Shown here piece after piece: positions 35,123 to 47,239 of a DNA stretch of 64,000 bases. Origin of the DNA: Camelus ferus (Eukaryota). Each line of letters starts with the position of its first letter. The first letter of the stretch is position 1. The stretch spans positions 1,180,001 through 1,244,000 of the forward strand of contig NC_045698.1 in assembly GCF_009834535.1 (NCBI RefSeq). The letters run 5' to 3'. Position numbers and translations under genes: made by a program. The notes below the pieces were generated by a model that saw only the letters and a program-made list of their open reading frames with translations, was not told where the DNA came from and searched no databases.

Positions 35123-38100
35123 CCAATTAACGACGCAAAGACGACCCTGCAGTCTTGGTGGACCCGCCCACCCCCAACCCTCTTCCCTCTTTGCTTCTTC
35201 CTTCTCCGACTCAGCGTCCACGTTCGTCCAAGGGGAGAGCCACCCTCCTGGTCAAACGTCACACTCCCAGGCATGCCACTTTTCCCGGTGGCATCCGACG
35301 AACCGTGGACGCTGGACACTGGTGAACCCAGCTGCCCCTTCCTGCAGGCCTGCACTTGTGAAGGGCTTTCCACGGCAGGTGGCGGGAGTCCCTCACGCGC
35401 TCAGGACCGCTGGCCTCCAGGGGGCGATGCAGGTCCCCCCCCCCCCCCGCCCCCGCAATGCTGGTTCCACCCCCCCTGCTCTCCGGCCCCCTCCCACAGC
35501 GCTCCAGCACCGCCCGCCTTCCGGGCCACCGGAAATGTCACCCCCAACACAAACAGTAGTGCCACCTCCGCCCTGTTCCTGTCCTGTCCCCACGCCGCGC
35601 CCCTCTCCCCGGGACCCTCCCCGCGGTGGGACTGCTCCCCTCACACGGCCTGACACCCTGCGGGGCCAGGTCTGTGCCCTGCGGGGCTGGCGGGGGCCCC
35701 TGGGGCCACCAGGCGTGCTCGCCTGCTTTCCCTTCCCGTTTCCCTTCCTCTCAGAGAAAGCCCCTCACAGACATGCTTGCACTGCATCCTCCCCCTCCTC
35801 TCCATGCTTCCTTCTCCAGGGACCCATGCGTTTCCCTCTCCGCGTGTAAACTTCGTCCTTAACGTCTCAATGTCCTTGGCTGGTGGCAGCCCTTTTAACT
35901 CCCTGCTCTTCCCGTTACACCTTCTGCTCTGCATATTAGACACGGTAACGTCAGAGTCCTCTTTGGGTGGTTTTGTCATTTCCATCCCCCCGGGAGCGAA
36001 TCCCCCTGGCTGGTTGCGCCCGAGCGCGCTGGCATGTGGCTTCCCGGCCTCCCTCTCCACGGCTCGTCGTGGGGTGGCTGGCTTCTCCCTGTCCCCCAAG
36101 GCCCCCAGCTCAAAACCCATGTTTCCGGTGCACTTCCTCCTGGTCCGAAGGCCCCTGACCTAAGCAGCCCCCCCGCCAACGCCCAACACACCTGTGAGGG
36201 CCGTGAGCGAGGGGAGGGCGGCTGCGCTGGACATCCTTATTCGGCAAGGGGTGGGGGGGGGCGACAGGCAGCCTCCGGCGCAGAGCGCTCCCAGGCCCTG
36301 CGGGCGCAGCCCCTCCGCAGCGGGCCCGGGCCTGCCCCCCGGGCAGGAGGCTGCAGGCCTGGGCTCCCACTTCTGCCTCCCCCACAGGACGTGGGCCGGC
36401 CTTGTGCCTGGCAGCGTTCCGGGCCTGTTCACTCTGGGGGACCCCGAAGTCCTCTCTGCGCTGTGACTCTCTGCCATCGTCAGTCAAGGATATTCACTCC
36501 CTCAAAACCTCCGTGGGGTTTTATGTTTCAGCTCGTAATCCCTTCCATGAGGCAGAAGACACAGTCGCAGACCTACTTAATTCATTCAACATTGGATCCC
36601 CGGAGGCTGCAGAGACGGTGCTCCAGGGGTCTTGGAAACACTGGCGTCTGGCTTAAAGGGCCTGTGAGACAAGCCCCCGAGCTTTTCTGTTTGGCAGAGG
36701 CCTCCAGGTTTAACCTCCTTGAGTCTTCCTGATACCGTATTGAAGCGTTTACAGCCCGCCTTGACTTCTGTGAGGCCGGGTTTGACCGGCAGGGCCCTTG
36801 GTGTGGTCTCTGCCTGGAGGCCACCGCCCGGGGGAGAACCTCTGCTGGCCGTGAAGACCACGCCGGGCCCTTCAGTAGGCGCGGCCAGTCCAGCCAAAGA
36901 CTAGACAGACGGTCGTCAGTCCCCCCCCCACCATTGTTTCACGGGCAGCAGAACGAAGGCTGGTGGCTCTTCAAGTTTGGCCCAGAAGTTTCCTCATTGA
37001 GACCGTCAGGACTGTGGGCACGTTTTCCACGACCTGTGTTACCGCAGGCCACGGTGCTGCCAAGTTTCTGCCGCCATCTGACAAGCTTTCCTTCCCTCGG
37101 GCTTGCAGCAACATTCTCGTCGCTTCCATTAAGGCCCTTCCAACAGCCTCACGCAGGCTGTTCAAACTTCTGCCTGGCGTCTGGCCTCAGAACCCGTGTC
37201 ACATGTTTTGGGTTTAGTTTTGGCAGCCTCCAGCCTCCTGGTACCAGGTCTCTTTTGCTAAGGAACGAATCTCTCCAACATTTACGGGTGTAAAACCACC
37301 AACTCTTACTCTGGCCCCAGAGTCTGTGGGTCAGAAAATCTGGACGGGCTTGGCTCCGAGCTTCCCGAGTGGGGCCGTGCACGTGGCTGTGGTCAGACAC
37401 GTGAAAGCTCAGCCGGGCCGGACATCCCAGCGGCCTCACTCGGGCTGGAAGATACTTCCAGCTGTTGAGAGCTGGGCTCGTAGGCAGACTGCAGTGTGTG
37501 CAGGGGTGGTGGCTCCTGGTGGCCTGGGCTGCTCGCAGCGAGGTGGCCGAGTTCCCAGAAGGAGCACCGAGCAGAAGCGTCTGGGAGTGCGCGAGTCTGC
37601 GGACCGAGGCCGGGGCTGCGGCCTGTCCTCAGCCGGCCCCGGAGTCACGCGCTCTTACGTCTGCACGCGCTTTTAGCTAACAGACCCATGGCCAACCCCG
37701 AACTCTGGAAAGAACTTGGTCCATCTCTAAGTCACCCGTCAAGCTCAGCTTGCCTCTCCTCAGGGGCTTTCTCTGACCTCCCCGGGCAGGGCAGCTCTGC
37801 CGTGACAGGGCCGGCGCCCCGCATGCCTCCCCAGAGCCGCCCGCGAGCGCGGGTCTGCCTTTGCGTTTACCTGCGATTGCGTGACGGCACGTTTCCCCAC
37901 CGGCCTCTGACGCCTTAAAGGACACAACCTTACTTTGTCCTTAGCTTCTGTGCCTCAGCTTCTCGCAGAGTGCCTGGCAGACGTCAAGCGCTCGGTAGGC
38001 ACTCTTGAAGAACGGATGGATGTGCTTGGAAATACTCAGGGAAAAGTCCTGGAGTGTTCCTTGTGACGCCCTCCTGCCGCCCGCCCCCTGCCCCGCTGTC

Positions 38101-39731
38101 TCTGGCTCATCTCTGTGATCCTGACGTGTGTCACCTCCCTCTGGGTCCACGTCTTGCTCACCTTTATTCTTCTAGCGCCTGGTCCTGCTCCAGAGACTTC
38201 CAGCCAGCCTGCCCAAATAAGTATCTGGAAAGGCGACTGTGCGATCGCACAGCTCCGAGCACTGTTGAAGCAGGAGAGCGTTCTCTAAATAACGGTGCCC
38301 TTTCCTCACATGTGTTTGGGGAAGGAAGCGGCCCTGTTCGCCTTTGGGTAAGTTAAAATCTCCACCTGGCTTTCCCGGAGTCTGAGCGTTGCTATCCACC
38401 GCGTGACAAAGAACCCTAAGCCGTGGGGTGATGGACAGTCTTCTCTGTATGTTCACCCTGCTCCTCACCCGTCCAGATGGACACCTATTCACAGATGCCC
38501 GCAGAGCCCGAAATGGACCCGCTCCTCTGTCTCTGCCTCCGCCTCTGCCTCGTCTGTGTCCGTGTCTGCGTCCGTGTAGCTCTATGATGGGTGGAGCGCG
38601 GCACTGAGGGTCCCAATGTCTTAAAGAAGCTCAGGTTCGACTCTCACATTTCATCTCAATAATCTCCTAAAATACTTCATTGTAATTCTCTTATCGCAAT
38701 GACTTTTTCCCTTGGGATGTGAATGTTACCTTTGTAAACTTACTTTTGCTAAAATCTCTAGCTGTCTTTAGAATTTCTCTTTATCTTAAATATCAAAAAT
38801 CCCAGGCTGTATGTTGAAATTTTCTTCTGTTTCCGCACACTGTTCTAGGAAGCTGCCTTTCAGCTACTGCCGAGCCGTTTCATAGGAGACTCCTGTCAAG
38901 TCTTTCCTCCCCAGATTCCGATCAGTTGCTTTGTTCAGATGGATGGAAAATGCCTCATCCCCTTGGTTTGCGGGAGAAAACGCGGCAGAAGGTGCTGCGA
39001 CATTAATTACTGCTGACACTTAGAACCCGGTATTACTGTTAGGATTACAGTAAGTCCCCGAACTCGGATTTCATGTGAACGTCCTGCTAATTAAAAAAAG
39101 TAATGTTCCCCTTTCTCTCCTCCCCTATCTCATTGCAGCCTATCCTTCTCATACTTTGATTTTATATACATATTACAATATAAATACACATGTGATATAG
39201 AATATGTATATATTCTGCTCTTAACAGCCATATGTATATATACACACCCATATATAAGGTTTAAAACACAGCAGAGTTTCTCCTGCTTTTCTGCACTCAC
39301 GTTTATACAGTCAAGGTCTCTCAGCTAGATTTTTGTGAGTTATAAATAAGTTGTGTTTTCATAATAAAGAAAAGAGCTAAATTTATTTAGCTCATGTATA
39401 AAGCTGTATAAACAAAACACATACCAGTAAACATAGAGTCCTAGAGAACTCTCACTGACCGTGGTGAGAGATGCGACCCTTTGTGACACAAACCCTGCTT
39501 TGTTTCCTGCCCGCAAAGGAAGGACACGGGGCGCACAGAGGGGGACGGGAAAGTGAGGAGGACAAACCATGAGATGATGATTTTCCTTCAAGCGAAAAGC
39601 GTGCTTTGGTATTTTGTATTTATACATTGAAAACACATATTTTCTGTTTCTTTTACTAGGGTACCAACTGCTGTAATGGGAGCCTTTTTCATGCTTTTGT
39701 GTGCTTGCCTTTTGATGCACATACGTATTTG

Positions 39732-39734
<3 letters not shown>

Positions 39735-39765
<31 letters not shown>
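39735..39765. repeat. (TG)15 microsatellite
   Basis: Read directly. Confidence 0.98.
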
Positions 39766-39768
<3 letters not shown>

Positions 39769-40571
39769 GAAATGAATGCTAGAAAACCCCAGATCACACA
39801 GATCATGTATCACACGGATAACGACTTGGAGGCAGAGAATACCCACCTTGTTCGATGTTACTGTGTGACCCCACTTTCCTTTCTCTGATCAGAGCGTTTG
39901 CCCTAACTTAAGAACAGAGCCATGCCTCCCTGTCATCTTTCTAGGTGTTTAGGAGGCCAGGCTGCGACATACAGTTAAGACCAAATTCTGCGTACCTTCA
40001 AGCAGGTATCTTGTCTGAGACAAGCCAAGTGTATGTAGGAAAGGTTACACCTGGCCAAGGTAGTTACAAATTAGTTATAAAAATTATTGCTCATCAATCT
40101 GAGCCCTATGTAGGCCTTTCGATCTGTTCGTCTCGTGTGGTTTACACGTACATCTTGTAGCTCACAGGTTTTAAAAGGTGCATTCTTTAAAAAGAAGGTA
40201 AAAATAAATGTACACAGAAAACAGACATATATAATTGTTATTTATAGTAATCATTTCTGTGCCATGAAATCAATGCATGCTAGCCGAAATTCAAGCTTGA
40301 GGAGAAACGGGTAATCAATCCCCTGGTGCTCCAAAATAGTAGATTTCAAAAAAAGTACTGCCAGGTAGAAACACGTATTTACTCAGGCGCTTCCTTTGAC
40401 CAGCCCTTTCCCGCGGCTTGGGCGTGGGCGGCGCGGGCGCGGTCACCCGGCCTGTCCCTTCCCGGGCGGGGCCCTGCGGGCGGGCGGGCGGGTCGGAGGA
40501 CCGCCCGAGGACCTGGTGGAAGCCCCCAGTCCGGGCCGCCGAGCGGCGCTCCCCGCTGCAGTGCGGGCGCG

Positions 40572-40590
40572 GGGCCAACAGGTGGCACAA
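40572..40590 (+). promoter_or_regulatory. CTCF-like motif
   Basis: GGGCCAACAGGTGGCAC, two mismatches to YGRCCASYAGRKGGCRS. Confidence 0.5.
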
Positions 40591-40781
40591 ACGCCCTTGG
40601 CTGGCGCCGCGCAGCTGCGGCTCCCGCCCCCGCCCGTCCCCGCGCCGCACGGGCCCGCGGAAGGGCTGCGGGCGCGCTCCCCTGGCGCGGCGCGGCGCGG
40701 CTCCGGGCTCCGGGGCCCCGGGTTGGGGGTCCGTGCGGGGGTCCCCGCGGGCAGGGGCAGAGCCCAGGCCGGTCTCCGGTG

Positions 40782-40800
40782 GCGCGCCCTCTGCTGGCCG
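40782..40800 (-). promoter_or_regulatory. CTCF core motif (near-perfect)
   Basis: Minus strand CGGCCAGCAGAGGGCGC fits the consensus YGRCCASYAGRKGGCRS at all 17 positions. Confidence 0.7.
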
Positions 40801-41222
40801 CCCGCGGTCTCGCCGGCCAGATAGGGCGCGGCGCTGCCCGCGTGTGCAGGGCGGGGGTGGGCGGGACAGGTGCTGTCTGGGCGGGTGCGGGTGGAGCAGA
40901 TGCAAGGCTGGGCGGGGCTGGCTGGGCAAGGATGGGTCAGAGCAGCTGGGGGTTGGAGTGGGCCGGACAGGTGTGGGGAGTGGGATTTGGCAGGCCAAGG
41001 GCTTGGTTGGCTAGCCAGGGGTTGGGTGGAAGTAAAGAAAGAGCTGGGCACGTGCTGGGGCTGGACTGGGGCTGGGGCCCCACCGCTGACGGAGGCTGTG
41101 GAATCAGAAGCTTCTCCTTATCCTTGCTGTCAGGTTTGAGGCCTCGGTTAAAAGCTCCCCAGTCTCTCCCCGCAGTGTAGGGAGCCTTGAGAACCTAACA
41201 TTTCAGCAAAGCCGCCCACCCG

Positions 41223-41255
41223 CCCCTCCCCTCCCCTCCCCCTCCCCTCCCCCCC
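41223..41255 (-). repeat. (CCCCT)n tract; G-quadruplex on the minus strand, i-motif/H-DNA potential
   Basis: cccctcccctcccctccccctcccctccccccc read directly. Confidence 0.85.
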
Positions 41256-41934
41256 AGGCTCCTGTCTGAGCCAGCGCGTGCGGTGGGAGGGAAGGCAGGC
41301 CTGTCAGTCCCAGGTTCCAACTCACTGGAGAGGAGCCTTGCGTGAACCTGCTTTTAATGTGTCAAATCAGAAAGTCACTTCCCGGCAATAAGGTGTGAAG
41401 GGGTTACAGCCTCCCGCGGGGCCGCCAGTAGACTCTGCGGCGCGAGTGACAGTCTGCTCCCCCCACGCCAGGCAGCCGCGCAGTGGCCCGGGCGCCACCT
41501 ACACAGCCTCTGCTGTGAGTTCCACCCCGCTTTCCTCAGTGTGGACAAGGCCTCGTATTTGGAGGCCACCTCACCAGACACCGTGTCCCTTCCTCGGTCT
41601 GTGCCTGTCAGCCTTCCCAAATGCCCTGGAGTCACGTACCCATGTCCCCTGCTCCCATGCCCCAGAGGTCACGGTGCCTCGTCCTGCGGGATCCTGACGG
41701 AGCAGGACCTGGGTTCCGGCCTGGTTCTCTTTATGGCTCTTGCTGTTGGAAACATCGTGGACCGGCCCCACGATGGAGCCCTGGCCTTGTCTGTCTGCTC
41801 GTGGGCCGTGAGCCTTGCTGTGTCCGGCGGGGACGGGCAGAGAGAGGAGGCAGCCTTCACAGAGGGTCTGTTCTGGCTCCAGCCACGTGCTCACAGGTAC
41901 GATCCAATCCTTCCTCCCTGGGAAAATGGTTGTG

Positions 41935-42000
41935 CTCTGGCCCCCATTTTACAGAGGAGGAAGCTGAGTCCCTCAGTGATTAACCAGCTGGCCTAGGGCT
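41935..42000 (-). mobile_element. MIR fragment
   Basis: 'cccccattttacagaggaggaagctgagtccctcagtgattaaccagctggcctagg'. Confidence 0.75.
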
Positions 42001-42162
42001 GAGGGAGTGCCAGCCTGGGTGTGTTTGCACCTGCCCTGGCACCTCGGCCGGCTGGATGTCCTCTCCAAAGGCAGGAAGGACCTCATAGACACGAAAGGAA
42101 GGGGTCGGCTTTCATTGGCAGCACATCCGAGGGCTTAGGCCTCAAGCCACTCAGTCCTGTAG

Positions 42163-45100
42163 CCGGAAATGATGGACTTTCATGGAGATGAACCCTGCAG
42201 CCACTCCTGGCTTCCCTCTGCCACCCACCCCATTGTCCCTAGCCTGATCAGGGCCAGGGGTCCAGGAGAACGCCAGTGACAGAAGCAGAGGTCACATAAC
42301 CTCTGACCCCACGGCGGGGGTGGAGGTGGTCGTTTGAGGATGAAACCTCTGGCCTGAGCATCTACGATTCTTGATTTCACCTGCACCAAAATTGTAAGTA
42401 TTTTAATCCAAAATGGCTGGGGGGGGGGGTTTGCACGGAACGTAAGGCGGGCAAAGGATAGAGAGCTTGAAAGTTCATTATTGCACCTGTTTCCGGCTTT
42501 TTAAGGATGGGAACTGAGTGTGGTTCTTTGTGGGACTGTCGGAAGCTCGAGGCCAAATGTCACCATGGCGGTGAGAGTGTCTGCTGAGTGCTGACCGCAC
42601 CTGGTTTTGTCTGAGGGGGTGAATATATGAGGTTGACATTTTAAGAAGTCAGAACTTTAGTCTCATTTCAAAGCTGGTAGAACAACCTAAAACTGTGTTG
42701 CCTTCTGGTGACAGTCCATCCAGACTGAAGTCTGACTTTGAAGTCACATTGACCTTTAAACGTCTCTGGAAAATGCAAGGTGTGATGCTTGGGGGAGGCA
42801 CAGAGTCAAATCTTTCCGTCTTTAATTGAGTCCATTTAAAAATGCTACGTGAGGACTAGAACATTAATTGCCAATTATTTCCATAAACTTGGTAAGAAAA
42901 ACATGAAAACCAAACAGAGGCGATAGGAACAGTCAACTCAATGAAAGGAACCAGGAACACCCCCCACACTGGAAAATGTCCAGCCTCACGGTGACCAGCG
43001 AAGACCAGCAGGTTAACAAAACCACAGCCACACACCCCAAGCTGCGCGGGCGGCCAGTGCTGGCGGCTGTGCGGTGAGAGCAGCCCTTTGGGAGCGGGTG
43101 GTGGGCGGACGTGCAGATCCGGCCAGCTTTAATGGGAAGCGTTCTGGGTGCTCTGTCAACAGAGCTTGGTTTAATTGCTTTGACCTGGTAATTCCCCTTC
43201 TCGAAAAAGAAAAAGCCCCAGGGAAACAGAAAGCCATGAGCTGTTTACGTAACTCTCGTCACAGGATAACTTATAACAGGGGACAGACCGGAAACAACCC
43301 CCGTTTGTGAGAGCAGGACGGTGTTCAAATACAGTGCACCAGACGACGGAACACTGCCAGGCGCTGAGAAAGTATTTTCGTGGCTGCTCAGAGACACGGA
43401 GGCGCTTGATCCCTGCAATGTCATGAGAAAAGCAAGACAGAAGACGTTATAAACAGGACACTTAAACTGTACAAAAACCCTGTGTTTGTGTCTATGCATG
43501 TGTGTGCACACACACACATAAACTTACAAAAAACATATATATGTGTTTATCTGTTTTATACTTCCGTATCTTTATTACACTTATGTACCTTTAGATACCT
43601 TTGTTTTGTGGGAGTTGGAAAGGGAACAAGACAATATGGTGGATAAGGTGGGAGTGATGGTGAGGAGGCTTAACGAGTCATTTAAGAAGACTGATTATTT
43701 CATATGTCCCAAGTTTGTTAAAGACACGTTCTGCTTTCCTAATCACATAAAGCAATACAGGTGCTCGAGCCCAGAGCTCGGCCCCCGCCGGCACCTGCCC
43801 TGCCAGCTCTGCTCTGACTGCGCGCCGTAACCCTGCAGTGGGCTGGGGAGCGCCCACCAGCAACCCCCACACCAGGCCCCGGCTCATGGCCCACCCGCAC
43901 CCGACCCCCGGGGCTCCTGCTCCTGCGGTGACTCCCGCGGACTGCACTCGGCCAGGACCTGGAGGTCCCCTCCAGCTGACCCGGCTCAGATGAGCCTCTG
44001 GACCTGAGCCGGGTGGATCCTGGAGCCGCAGCCCAGGTGGGTTTGGGCAAGTCCACTGTCAGGACGGGCAGGATGTGCGGAGATGCTGACTGGTGGGGGG
44101 CGCCTTCAGAGGGATAAGACAGTCGCGTTTGTGGCTGACCTGACCATTTACAGCATGTTGGGGCCATGTGCCCGCTGGGGGCTCCGCCACACAAGTATGT
44201 GGGTGTGGACGGAGTGATGGGACTCCGTGCCCGAAACAGGGCCAGCAGAGTTGCACAGACAGGGGACCGCTGTGCAGCTCACGTCCATGGAGAGGGGAGA
44301 CGGGTGGGCGGGGCTTCCTCCACTGTCCCCCTCACGTCCCATCTGTGCCATTTCCTGGGCTTCGCACCTGGGAGTTGGGGTAACAGCCTCCTCTCGGGCT
44401 GCTGGAAAGCGGCTGGAGGAAGCTGCACCAGGCCGAGCCAGTGAGCAGCCCCCGGCCCCCCGGCCCCCCGCCCCACCTCTGTCCTAGCTTCTCTAGTGGC
44501 CTGTACGCTCCAGGAAGGGAGTGTCCCTGTCCCTCTGACTGTGCGCCGCCCACACCGGAGCATTCCTGATGCAACAGCAGGTGCTCCATGAGCGCTTGTG
44601 GGCAGCCCCAGGAGGGAGGGGCCTCCAGCATCTTGCTTGCTCTCGAATTCCTTGAGCCTAGGATCCCAGGCGCAGGTGGGTATGCCCTCTTCCAGCAGAG
44701 GAATGAGAGGATCAACACCGAGTCCCCCTGGAAACAACTGCTGCTTTTCCCTGGAATTCTGCGGGAAACAAAAGTGATCCAGGAGAAGAGAACCAAGCAT
44801 GGAGCTCGGAGGAGGAAGGGAGACACAATTCAAGTGAAATCTGTCTGTGTTAACGTTTAGCCAAGCTTTCCACCCGAGGGACTGCGCCCTGTAAGACGTC
44901 CCCCGTCAGTTCTGGTCCCTCCATGGGTCAGGCTGCTCCCCCCGTGGAGGGACGAGCTCAGCCCCGCGGCCACCTGAGGCTGGTGCGCCATCCGACGCCT
45001 GGGCGTGCGGCGGGGGACGCGGTGCTAACGCAGGCCCCGCGGTAGAGTCAGATGGAGACGACCAAGGAGGGGAATCACAGTGACAAACGCCTTAATGGTT

Positions 45101-45211
45101 CATTTTCCTTTTACACAGACGTGGGCACTTCTGACGTGGAGCCTGGGTCTCTGAGTGGAAGTCCGCTGGCTGGAGACGAGCAGACTTTTTCCCATCTTCC
45201 ATCTACTCCAT
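42163..45211 (+). other. Candidate spliced exons downstream of the CpG island (42163-42393, 43595-43647, acceptors at 44696 and 45119)
   Basis: Splice-like signals: ATT|GTAAGT at 42393; tacctttag|43595 with AAG|GTGGGA at 43647; ccctcttccag|44696; ccttaat..cattttccttttacacag|45119. No known protein recognised. Confidence 0.25.
42970..43490 (+). mobile_element. Ancient L1ME-like 3' fragment
   Basis: 'ctttgacctggtaattccccttct', 'cttataacagggg..ggaaacaacccccgttt', 'aaaagcaagacagaag'. Confidence 0.55.
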
Positions 45212-45691
45212 AAAAAGGGCACCGACTTCTGTTTACAGCTGGGCTTCCTTCAAGGGCGTCAAGAACATCAAAACACTCGCAGCACAGCCTGAGGGGGACC
45301 CCTGCTGGGGTCCTAGGGCTTGTCCCCATCTTTTATGGTTACTGTATCCAATGGCAATTTCATAGTGAATGTTTTAAGTCACTTTTCTTGTGAGCAAGTT
45401 TCTTCCCCATGCATCAAGTTTTTAAACTTGATTTTCATAAAGAATAGCTCTCTTTTCACATTCATGAGATTGTAGAATATTTAATTAATTTACATATTTA
45501 ATGGTAGAAATATGATCGGCATAAGCAAATTTTTGAAAACTGAAACATACCTTTTGGAAAGCGTACAAGCTGAGTGGCAGTGGCAGATGGTCAGCTGCCT
45601 GACGGAGCAGCCTTTCCCCGCGCAGCCCTGGGCGGGGGTGTTTTTACAGGGACTAGGGGGTGTGGGCCTGGGTTTGAGGAGCGAGCTAAGG

Positions 45692-46130
45692 GTTATGGGC
45701 TGACTGTGTCCCCCTTCTCCAAATCTTTGTGTTGAGGCCCTAGCCCCCGGGACCTCGGAGTGACCTTATTTGAAAGTGGGATCTTGCAGAAGTGGTCAGG
45801 TTGACAGGAGGCCATTAGGACGGACCCTCATCCAGCACGAGTGCTGTCCTCTCAAGAAGGGGAAACGTGGGCACGGAGACAGGTGTGCACAGGAGGGGGG
45901 CGTGAGGTCCATGGCGCTGGGGACCGGGGAGGCGCGGCTCTGAGGCAAAGGGTGCCCAGAGCCGCCAGCAAACGCCAGGGGCTGAGGGCCGCGGGGAGCA
46001 GCCTCCCCCGCAGCCTCGGAGGGCCCGCCCCGTGGACACTGGGTCTCGGGCCGGCAGCCTCCGGGCGCTGAGGGAGTTTCTGTTATTTTCAGCCATCGAG
46101 TCTCACTGGGTCCTCGTTGGTCCTCGGGGC
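45692..46130 (+). mobile_element. MaLR solo LTR, MLT1C/D-like, GC-shifted
   Basis: 'gttatgggctgactgtgtccccc..gttgaggccctagcccc..gtgaccttatttgaaa', 'gccagcaaacgccaggggct', 'tttctgttattttcagcca'. Confidence 0.88.
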
Positions 46131-46239
46131 TCAGGTCTTGGGCCTCTCTCTGTCCCCTCTCTCTGTCGCGCGTGGGTCTCATTCAGCCTCGTGTCTTAAG
46201 TGACACCCCTAGACCAGCCATCCAGACGGCGGTGCCTGC

Positions 46240-46375
46240 CGTTCAGAGCTCTCTCCCCGAGTCCAGACCCCCATAGCCAGCCGCCTGCTTGCCGCCTGGC
46301 TTGGAGGCCTAACGAGCATCTCACTGAACGTGCCCAGCACTGAGGCCTTGATTTCTCCCCCAAACCTGCGCTTCC
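46240..46375 (+). mobile_element. L2 fragment
   Basis: 'ctctctccccgagtccagacccccatagccagccgcctgcttg..ttggaggcctaacgagcatctca..ttgatttctcccccaaacctgc'. Confidence 0.75.
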
Positions 46376-46959
46376 ACAAGGTTGAGGAAGGCGCTGGGGG
46401 AGAATCAGAGCCAGAACGGGACTATGTGGAGTGGGTGCCTCCCCGAAGCCCCCCTCATGCTGGCACTCGAGTTTCCTGCTGCGATGACTGGTCCACACCC
46501 AACCCTCCCTCACATCAAGTCTGCTGGCTGGGAAGCCTGCTCGTGCACCAGCCTCCAGGAAGTGGGACAGCCTTGCTCTGGGGGAGAGACACGACTGGGG
46601 AAACAAAAGGAAACGCTGTCAGTGGCTCTGATACTCCCGGAGAAAATTCAAGATCATTCATCTTCTAACTAAGAACACATTTTAAATAACCAGGAAGCGG
46701 CGCTGCTGAGGCAGACACACTGGGCGTCCTCCCACACCCTCCCCCACCAAGGACCTTCCCTGAGCAGGTTCACCCTTCCTCCCATGACTCCGGCAGGTCT
46801 TTGCTAAAAGGCTTTCTCTGGCCGACGGTGCCAACCTGCAGGCTGGAAGTTCCAGGCAGCCGGCACTCCCGGGAGCACCCCTCTCCGGGTACCTGACAGG
46901 GCTTCCTGGCTCATCACCACACCTGGAATAACCTGGAGGATGTGCGACCATGCGCTCCC

Positions 46960-47138
46960 AGCGTCCTCCCTGGCTCACCGCGGTTACCTGCCCGTTCAGT
47001 CACATCATAGTGGTTTCTGTTTTCTTCTCTTCCTCAGTTTCCTGCCTCACTACCAGGGCTTCCAGGGAGCATGCCCCCCCCCCAATAAACCTGCTTGCAG
47101 TGAATATCTTACCTCAGGCGAGCCCAGTCTTAGATACA
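46960..47138 (+). mobile_element. ERVL LTR16/LTR33-like 3' end
   Basis: 'ctcactaccagggcttccagggagca..cccaataaacctgcttgca...cctcagg..cccagtcttagataca'. Confidence 0.55.
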
Positions 47139-47239
47139 AACCAAGCAATTGTTAGCTGTGAGAATGGTATAAATAGAGCATAAGTGTGTGCTGCTTCACT
47201 GTCCACGGCTCCCGTGCAGACCTGTGTCGGGATGCTGTA

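Larger units (their letters stand above)
40405..40870. promoter_or_regulatory. CpG island, candidate promoter/insulator
   Basis: Abrupt change from AT-rich DNA to very GC- and CpG-dense DNA with multiple GC boxes (GGGCGG / CCGCCC). No repeat homology recognised. Confidence 0.85.

Noticed and set aside
34902..36732. 315-aa and 232-aa Pro-rich ORFs
   Set aside because: The first starts inside a solo LTR and runs through C homopolymers; low complexity, no recognisable protein.
40315..41180. Overlapping 200-284 aa ORFs on both strands
   Set aside because: Arg/Gly/Ala/Pro-rich open frames in several frames are expected in a CpG island depleted of stop codons; no domain recognised.
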